A DNA stretch of 6,400 nucleotides from Octopus sinensis. Taxonomy: Eukaryota. The stretch is taken from NCBI RefSeq assembly GCF_006345805.1, contig NW_021829394.1:1-6400 (forward strand). Direction: 5' to 3'. A model generated the notes under the pieces. That model saw only the letters and a program-made list of their open reading frames with translations, was not told where the DNA came from and ran no database searches. Both the position numbers and the translations under genes were made by a program. Below, one piece after another: positions 1 to 6,203 of this stretch (within the stretch, counting starts at the first letter, position 1; each line of letters starts with the position of its first letter).

Positions 1-162
1 CATACTTACACATGTACATATAAATACACACATAGATACCTCTACGTACCTACACATACATAAACACACTAGCGTACGCGCATATGTACATATACATATA
101 CCCATGCACACGCATATATATACATACATACATACACATACACACATGTATACACACACACT

Positions 163-210
<48 letters not shown>

Positions 211-290
211 GCACATGTGTGTGTGTGTGTGTGTGTGTGTGAGTGAATGTGTTTGAGTGTATGTGTGTGTGTGTGTGTGGGTTTGGTTGT
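1..290. repeat. Compound, partly degenerate microsatellite: CA/TACA-like, (TA)n at ~166-206, (TG)n at ~216-280
   Basis: Seen directly. It accounts for the HT/IY/CV-repeat ORFs 50..385 and the start of 243..482. Confidence 0.95.
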
Positions 291-295
291 GTGAA

Positions 296-616
296 GGCGC
301 GTGGCTTAGTGGTTAGGGTAATCGGCTCACGATCGCAAGGTCGTAAGCTCAATTCCCAGCGACGCGTTTTGTCCTTGAGCAACACACTTTATTTCACGTT
401 GCTCCAGTCTACTCAGCTACCAACAATGAGTCGTACCTGTATTTCAAAGGGGACAGCCTTGTCAATTTCTATGCCATGCTGAATCTCCCTGAGAACTACG
501 TTAAGGTCACGCGTGTCCGTGGAATACTCAGCTATTTGCACGTTAATTTCACGAGCAGGCTGTTCCGTTGATCCGGTCAATTGGAACCCTCGTCATTGTA
601 ACCGACGAAGAGCCAG
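296..616 (+). mobile_element. tRNA-derived SINE (family 1), apparently full length, with a CORE/Meta-like central segment
   Basis: tRNA-like head GGCGCGTGGCTTAGTGGTTAGG with A-box TGGCTTAGTGG (302-312) and degenerate B-box AGCTCAATTCC (346-356). It is followed by GTCCTTGAGCAACACACTTT (371-390), resembling the start of CORE/Meta SINE domains (recalled, not searched). The 3' end forms stem-loops at 562-587 and 590-608. Flanked by microsatellite-like DNA. Confidence 0.8.
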
Positions 617-1099
617 TTATACATACCTGTGTGTATGTATGTATAGAGCCATGTATGTAAATACAGGTATATTAAAATACACCAGCATCTATCTGTTGGC
701 AGATCTAAGCACTGAGCTGCAGTTTGTTAGCTGAAGGTATAAACAAAGCCAACAACTTCGTTTAGGCTCAAAGGTCCGAGTGCTTCTTGTTGCCAAGACT
801 CAACATGTCGAAACACTAGTATCCCAGAATGCCGTGCGCCAGTGTGTTGAGCACTCTGACGTCGTCGTAAAATGGAGAATGTATTCTCTTATGACGTACA
901 CTATAGCGATCAGCATATTTTGCTTCCGAATCCGCTTGATGTACTATGAATAGATATGCCAATAATCGTTTCAGATCTCGCTGTACGCGGTGCAGGTAAC
1001 AATTCCTTGCTTCCATTTGGTCATTTGGTTGTATATTTTATATGTCCGTAGGAGTTTGTGTGCGTAGACATTTATAATTGTAATTTTATTTCTGTTCGT

Positions 1100-1265
1100 A
1101 CAATACTTATTTATGTATGCATATGTGCCTATATATGTATGCGTATGTATATATTTGTACGCGCGCGCAATCACACACACACACACTCACATATACATGT
1201 GTTTGTGTGCGTGGCGTGTATGTATATATATATATATATATATGTGCGTATGTGGATGTATATGC
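1100..1265. repeat. Compound TA/TATG/CA/CG microsatellite
   Basis: Seen directly; source of ORFs 971..1186, 1058..1306, 1113..1316 and 1117..1332. Confidence 0.9.
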
Positions 1266-1536
1266 ATTCTCCTTTCCTTGTACATTTTTTATTTATTCAT
1301 TTATGAACATACTTGACGGACAGAGTACGTGAAAAAAAAACTGCTTTATCCACGTGATCTTGTAGTTTTTTTTCCTAAATTTTTCTAGGAGTAATCCAGG
1401 AATAAGTATATTCATAATTTAAGTCGGTTCTTAAAAATGAAGTCACCCAAATTTGAAAGCAGTCTGATAAGTTCCATGAAAGAAACTCTCAGCCCATGAG
1501 TCGCTTCGTAACTTCCGCTGATTAAAAATAATATAC

Positions 1537-1570
<34 letters not shown>

Positions 1571-1615
1571 ACGCGCGCGTGTGTATGTGTGTGTGTGTGT
1601 ATGTGTGTGTGTGTA

Positions 1616-1652
<37 letters not shown>

Positions 1653-1744
1653 GTGTGTGTGTATGTGTGTGTGTGTGTATGTGTGTGTGTGTGTATGTGC
1701 ACGCGCGCGTGTGTATGTGGTGTGTGTGTGTGTGTGTGTGTGGT

Positions 1745-1795
<51 letters not shown>

Positions 1796-1802
1796 TGTGT
1801 GT
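1537..1802. repeat. Long (TG)n/(TGTA) microsatellite with an internal higher-order duplication
   Basis: Seen directly. The block GTGTATGTGCACGCGCGCGTGTGTATGTG occurs at 1561-1589 and 1691-1719. Confidence 0.97.
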
Positions 1803-1809
1803 ACTGATA

Positions 1810-3030
1810 CAGAGTGTGTGGGTTATTTGAGTACATATCTAGTTAATTAATAAAACAACCCTAATCTAGTAAAAATTAAATGTATTATCATAAACATTTG
1901 TGCACCTGTTCGAGATAAGCTTTCTCATCAGATTATTCCATGAATTTGCCTTCAGCTTCGATGACAACTTCAACGCGTGACCGGAATTGTTGACAGGTCC
2001 GCACTAAATGGTCCTTATTCCCTTCGGACAACACCAGCAAAATGACGGCCTTCAGTGAAACTATTGTATTGTGAAGATGTTGATTTGTCTTAATTTCAAC
2101 GACTCTCCAACCGTTGTCCATTGGATTTTAAATCTGGTGAGTTCGGATGCCACAAGATTGGTGTTACATGATCGTAAATATTGATTGACAACCATTCTTG
2201 GGTGATAAGTGTTTTTTGAGAAGATACCGGGTCTTGTTGAAACACGTATGGCCTTTCACTGTGTGCTTCATCTATCCAGGGCTTAAAAACTGTCTCCAGT
2301 ACATCAACGTATCCAGCAGCGTTAATTCTTAGACCTTATGAAAAGATGCGAGGTAGTATGACATGACTTTCGTTATTAAACATTTTAAAAACCACCACAG
2401 TTGCTGGAAACTTAGTTGCATCACTCTGTGAACATCAGAAGGATTTGTGCATAACCGTCATTTGTCCTGTCAGAGAAGAACCAAAGCATGCCATGTTCAT
2501 GAGGAATTTTAACCTTAAGTAACTGCTTGGTACAGATCATATGTCTTTGCCGATATAAATTGACCTCTTTTCAGTGTATATGACTTGTATCGAATGTCCT
2601 CGTGAACCATTGTTCAGATAGTCTATTCCGACTCCTGAAGTTTTTTGGCGATGGTTCTCATTAATTTTCCGGGATTATCATCGATTATGTTTAAAACCCG
2701 TTGGATGAATTACTTATAGTATCCGAACGTTTTTAGAATGTTTTCTTTTCGTCTTTGAAACATTTAAAGCATTGGCACTGGAGGCTACCAATTCCATCTG
2801 AACTTCGTGTACAAAAGATCTTACATCATTCACAAAGTTGGCAATTTCTAAATCGCTGTGTTCCGCACGTGTGGCAATAGTGACTGCATATCCTTCAATT
2901 TCTTGTGTTAGCATTTTGTTTTTATTTGCTGTGATGGGGGAGGGTCTTAAAGAAATAAAAACCTTTTTGATTAGTTTCAAGAGAGAAATATACTGATAAT
3001 TTAATGCCTTCAAATACTCCTTGCATTGTG
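1810..3030 (-). mobile_element. Decayed Tc1/mariner-superfamily DNA transposon, DD37D (maT) family
   Basis: Contains the transposase pseudogene at 1933-2914. Candidate degenerate TIRs 1810-1836 and 3004-3030 match at 17/27 positions ungapped. TA precedes the left end (1808-1809). The ~1.2 kb length fits mariner-type elements. Boundaries are less certain than the family call. Confidence 0.8.
1933..2914 (-). pseudogene. DD37D (maT) transposase pseudogene with multiple frameshifts, stops and small deletions
   Basis: Manual multi-frame translation: MLTQEIEGYAVTIATRAEHSDLEIANFVNDVRSFVHEV (ATG 2914) ... IIDDNPGKLMRTIAKKLQ (HTH-like) ... VHEDIRYKSY ... GMLWFFSD (D1, 2469-2471) ... KFPATVVV ... GLRINAAGYVDVLETVFKPWIDE ... 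RPYVFQQD (D2, 2231-2233) ... WHPNSPDL[+1 nt]NPMD (D3, 2116-2118) ... FRSRVEVVIEAEGKFME* (stop 1933-1935). There are 37 residues between D2 and D3 after removing one extra base at ~2126-2132. In-frame stop at 2336-2338. Confidence 0.92.
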
Positions 3031-3056
3031 TGTGTGTGTGTCGTGCGTGTATGCGC

Positions 3057-3095
<39 letters not shown>

Positions 3096-3161
3096 GTGCG
3101 TGTATGCGCGCGTGTGTGTGTGTGTGTGTGTGGGGTGTTGTGTGTGCGTGTCATCTATCTG

Positions 3162-3257
<96 letters not shown>

Positions 3258-3263
3258 ATATAT
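3027..3263. repeat. Compound microsatellite (TG)n - (TATC)n (3153-3220) - (TA)n
   Basis: Seen directly. TCGTGCGTGTATGCGCGCGT is duplicated at 3041-3060 and 3094-3113. Confidence 0.97.
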
Positions 3264-3387
3264 CGCTGTATTTCGTGATGGTCATTTTATTTATTTCTTT
3301 TTTCGCCAAATAAACACACACAATATTTGGCAAAAATAAATAAAATAAATAAATAAATAAAATGACCATCCCAAAACACACCAATAT
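3260..3387. repeat. Long inverted repeat / MITE-like palindrome
   Basis: Arms 3260-3296 and 3351-3387 are reverse-complementary at 32/37 positions, including a perfect 20-bp core GATGGTCATTTTATTTATTT (3277-3296)/AAATAAATAAAATGACCATC (3351-3370). Inner pair GCCAAATA (3305-3312)/TATTTGGC (3324-3331). Confidence 0.8.
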
Positions 3388-3435
3388 CTGTTTCAACACA
3401 CGATTTCATATCAGGAATCTTGCAAAACGAATTGA

Positions 3436-3460
3436 TATCTATCTATCTATCTATCTATCC

Positions 3461-3507
<47 letters not shown>
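3436..3507. repeat. (TATC)n microsatellite abutting the 5'-truncated end of the LINE
   Basis: Seen directly. Confidence 0.97.
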
Positions 3508-3508
3508 C

Positions 3509-4128
3509 ACAACCAAAGCATTCTATAGGGGATTAGTGGAGGAGAGATACGACGACGAGCTCGGGGCGAACCTGGACGTCGACGAGGAATACCTGACCCG
3601 CCTGTTCGGGACGACTTTCGGGCCAGGGCTCATGGACAACTTCCAGAGATCCCTGGCTTGACAGTGCTACCGAGAAGCGCTACCCGTTCGGGATAAGCTC
3701 TACAGACACGGCCCGAGATGCGGTCAGAGCGACGAAACCGTTCTGCACGTACTCGTGCAGTGTCCAACAATTTCCGACCTGTGGGCTTATGTCGAATAAC
3801 TGCTGTCACGTGTGGGACGAGTCGGTTTATCAGCTGAGTCTATCGTCAATATTGTCACACCTCCTTCCTTCAAATGGGAAGGAAGAGCTATTTTCATCAT
3901 CCTTGTGGCTATGGCGAAAGAATGTATCTGGTGGACGCGTCTGAAAGGATTGGAGAAAAACACTTTCCTCTCTGGTCAACCTCTCATCAACTTCTTCAAG
4001 TACCACTTGAAAAGGAAAGTGAGAGTAGAGAGGCAAGTTTTGTCTAGCGAATGTTTTAAAAAAAGATGGGTGATGTAGCAAGGATGGCACGTATGAATGA
4101 CGAAGCCACCTTGAGCATAATCCTATGA
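3509..4128 (+). pseudogene. LINE ORF2 C-terminal fragment (zinc-binding zf-RVT/CCHC region), inactivated
   Basis: One frame reads TTKAFYRGLVEERYDDELG...NFQRSLA*QCYREALPVRDKLYRHGPRCGQSDETVLHVLVQCPTISDLWAYVE*LLSRVGRV...AKECIWWTRLKG...FKKRWV. Stops at 3659-3661 (likely TGG>TGA) and 3797-3799 (likely CAA>TAA). C-X8-H-X4-C lies at 3719-3763 with the first Cys of the expected CxxC missing. A probable 1-nt deletion near 4072 is followed by VARMARMNDEATLSIIL* ending at 4126-4128. Confidence 0.85.
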
Positions 4129-4302
4129 ACCCAGAATTGAAAACAGAGGGTACCCACTTGCAACCAAATATGGTAACATATAACATATTGACCAAGGTTA
4201 CCGTGGTCTTTTTCGTAGGCTTTTTCCCACGGATAAACCTTACTTGCTTTCCTCTTTACACCATACATCATGACACTGTGATACACGATCCCCATTGATC
4301 GT

Positions 4303-4395
4303 TTTTTTTCCTCTCCCCCTTTTTTCCTCTTTTTTCTTCTTTTTTCAGTTTTCTTTTCTTTTTTCCCCTTTATTTTTCTTTTCCTTTTTTTTCCC
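4303..4395 (+). repeat. Polypyrimidine (T/C-rich) tract within the LINE 3' UTR
   Basis: Seen directly; nearly purine-free for ~90 nt. Confidence 0.85.
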
Positions 4396-4513
4396 TGTTA
4401 CGATCCCTTTTGATCGAAAACCTACGCCACCTTTTTTTTTCTCCCCCAAAAGAAAAGCTCTACCTTGTAACTTGTCCCATCTGTGTGCAGCCCTGTGTGG
4501 CAAATAAAGAAAC

Positions 4514-4514
<1 letters not shown>

Positions 4515-4577
<63 letters not shown>

Positions 4578-4598
4578 ATTTATACGTGTGTGTGTGTA
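4515..4598. repeat. (TATC)n array (4515-4570) followed by short TA/TG repeats, at the LINE 3' end
   Basis: Seen directly; begins just after AATAAAGAAACT. Confidence 0.97.
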
Positions 4599-4867
4599 AC
4601 GAATGGGTTCCTTGATTCTAAGCCAGGATTCGAAACTGAATCTACATTTTTCTATAAATACACTCCCTATTGTTCTCGCTTTTTTTTTTTTCACTTAGAA
4701 ATTTACGAGAATCACCAATCACACTTAGCTAAATTCTAGAGACTGGCAGATTAAAAGCACCGGTTTATTGTTCCAGGAATCGATTAATAAAAGCTATTGT
4801 TATGCTAAACTTGGTTCCTCTACACTATATTGAGTGTAACAATAATACTCTAGTACTCTAGTCAAGA

Positions 4868-4998
4868 GTGGCGAGCTGGCAGAATCGTTAGTACGCGGGC
4901 AAAATACTTAGCGGTATTTCGTCGGTCTTTATGTTCTGAGTTCAAGTTCCGGCGAGGTCGACTTTTCGTTTCATTCTTTCAAAAAAAAAAAAAAAAAA
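4868..4998 (+). mobile_element. SINE family 2, copy A: 5' half only, followed by A18
   Basis: Aligns to copy B from GTGGCGAGCTGGCAGAATCGTTAG to TTTCATTCTTTC (4980), with B-box-like AGTTCAAGTTCC, then an A-run at 4981-4998. Confidence 0.85.
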
Positions 4999-5230
4999 GG
5001 TGGCGAGCTGGCAGAATCGTTAGCACGCCGGGCAAAATGCGTAGCCGTTTTTCGTCTGCCGTTACGTTCAGAGTTCAAATTCCGCCGAGGTCGACTTTGC
5101 CTTTCATCCTTTCGGGGTCGATAAATTAAGTACCAGTTACGCACTGGGGTCGATGTAATCGACTTAATCCGTTTGTCTGTCCTTGTTTGTCCTCTCTGTG
5201 TTTAGCTCCTTGTTGGTAGAAAAAGAAATA
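4999..5230 (+). mobile_element. SINE family 2, copy B: full length tRNA-derived SINE with Nin/Deu-like central domain
   Basis: A-box-like TGGCAGAATCG (5009-5019) and B-box AGTTCAAATTCC (5072-5083). The central GCCTTTCATCCTTTCGGGGTCGATAAATTAAGTACCAG resembles the Nin/Deu SINE domain (recalled, not searched). The tail ends AAAGAAATA. Confidence 0.88.
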
Positions 5231-5404
5231 GGTATTTCGTCTGCCGTTACGTTTTGAGTTCAAATTCCGCCGAGGTCGACTTTGCTTTTCATCCTTTCGG
5301 GGTCGATAAATTAAGTACCAGTTACGCACTGGGGTCGATGTAATCGACTTAATATCCTTGTTTGCCCCCTCTATGTTTAGCCCCTGGTGGGCAATAAAGA
5401 AATA
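5231..5404 (+). mobile_element. SINE family 2, copy C: lacks the A-box half of the head, same tail type as B
   Basis: Near-identical to B from TTTCGTCTGCCGTTACG to GATGTAATCGACTTAAT. The tail CCTTGTTTGCCCCCTCTATGTTTAGCCCCTGGTGGGCAATAAAGAAATA follows. Confidence 0.88.
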
Positions 5405-5609
5405 AGAATCGTTAGCACGCCGAGCAAAAAGCTTCGCAATATTTCGTCCGTCTTCGTGTTCTGGGTTCAAATTCTGTCGAGGCTGACTTTGTCTTTCGTC
5501 CACTCGGGATTTGATAAAATAAGTTGCAGTTGAACAGTGGGGTTGATGTAATCAACTTATCTTCCATCCCTGAATTTGCTAGCCTTGTGCCAAAATATGA
5601 AATTATTAT
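5405..5609 (+). mobile_element. SINE family 2, copy D: more diverged, starts mid A-box, different 3' tail
   Basis: Aligns to B from AGAATCGTTAGCACGCC to GATGTAATCAACTTA, with B-box GGTTCAAATTC. It then diverges into TCTTCCATCCCTGAATTTGCTAGCCTTGTGCCAAAATATGAAATTATTAT. The 3' boundary is approximate. Confidence 0.8.
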
Positions 5610-5819
5610 CTAAATGCAGCTGCAAACAAAATTACCAACAGTAATCACGAAAAGCAACACGTGACATACTTGCACAGGTCAGAAGCTGAAGTTAACATGT
5701 CGAAACCGCAAGAGAAATTCGGTTGTGACTTATCTACAACTACGAACATATATGCAGCGTAAATAAACTTTAGTGAACACATGTTAAGAGCTAAAAAAAA
5801 AACGAGAAGGATAGGCCTG

Positions 5820-5848
5820 CAAACAACAACAACAACAAAAAAAAAAGA
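5820..5848. repeat. (AAC)n plus A-run
   Basis: Seen directly. Confidence 0.8.
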
Positions 5849-5958
5849 CAAAAACAATAAAATGAAATGGAAATTCAACACATAAACACACGGATAAATA
5901 AACACAAGAAGCAGGATGTAAGATTTGAACCCGTGTTTTTTTATATGCACACACACAG

Positions 5959-5959
<1 letters not shown>

Positions 5960-5996
<37 letters not shown>
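5960..5996. repeat. (TA)n microsatellite
   Basis: Seen directly. Confidence 0.97.
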
Positions 5997-5999
<3 letters not shown>

Positions 6000-6140
6000 A
6001 GATGTAAATTTTATATATAACTTGAGCACTGTACAAAATATAAACGGCAAATATCGAACAATCATTAATTCATTTACACACGTACACACACATTTGCATG
6101 TTTAGAATCCGTGTATTACAACCGCCATCTTTCGTCACTT

Positions 6141-6203
6141 TCATCATCACCATCACCATCATCATCATCATCAGCAGCAGTAGTAGTAGTAGTAGCAGTA
6201 GCA
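6141..6203. repeat. Compound trinucleotide microsatellite (CAT/CAC)n-(CAG)n-(TAG)n
   Basis: Seen directly; source of the poly-I/poly-S ORF 6098..6310. Confidence 0.93.

Larger units (their letters stand above)
3508..4513 (+). mobile_element. 5'-truncated non-LTR retrotransposon (L1/Tx1-type LINE): ORF2 C-terminus, 3' UTR and poly(A) signal
   Basis: GC-richer block with a zf-RVT/CCHC-type ORF2 C-terminus, a pyrimidine-rich 3' UTR, AATAAA at 4503-4508, then an immediate (TATC)n array. Assignment to Tx1 rather than another L1-group clade is by recalled motif resemblance (SLAW..Y..ALPVRDKL..HG..CPRC...ET..H....C). Confidence 0.82.

Noticed and set aside
296-375. Possible functional tRNA gene
   Set aside because: The B-box is degenerate, I could not fold a convincing cloverleaf, and it continues into a SINE body.
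1449-1520. Possible minus-strand exon (RKLRSDSWAESFFHGTYQTAFKFG) between AG and GT
   Set aside because: The splice signals are mediocre, the peptide is not recognised, and no partner exons are evident.
50-1850. ORFs rich in HT/CV/IY repeats (50..385, 1058..1306, 1113..1316, 1117..1332, 1412..1702, 1522..1836, 1537..1850)
   Set aside because: They are stop-free translations of dinucleotide microsatellites, not His- or Cys-rich proteins.
3004-3510. ORFs with CV and IYLS repeats (3004..3339, 3021..3278, 3026..3313, 5' part of 3362..3661)
   Set aside because: Microsatellite read-through. Only the part from 3509 onward is real (LINE ORF2).
3830-4295. Minus-strand ORFs 3830..4195 and 4056..4295
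   Set aside because: Antisense to LINE ORF2/3' UTR with no recognisable motif.
4846-4862. TACTCTAG duplicated just upstream of SINE copy A as a possible TSD
   Set aside because: Both copies lie on the same side and no matching copy was seen after 5609.
5126-5503. 125-aa minus-strand ORF with internal repeat
   Set aside because: It is an antisense translation of tandem SINE copies C/D.
4868-5609. Repeated ~170-230 bp units as a CRISPR array or satellite
   Set aside because: The units are long, unequal and diverged, have no repeat-spacer structure, and carry Pol III boxes; they are SINE copies.
5660-5770. Possible small plus-strand exon; 13-mer AACATGTCGAAAC shared with ~802-814
   Set aside because: Frames close quickly, and one 13-mer match in 6.4 kb is within chance expectation.
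5922-5934. Isolated minus-strand B-box-like GGGTTCAAATC
   Set aside because: No matching A-box or SINE body was found; at most a tiny remnant.
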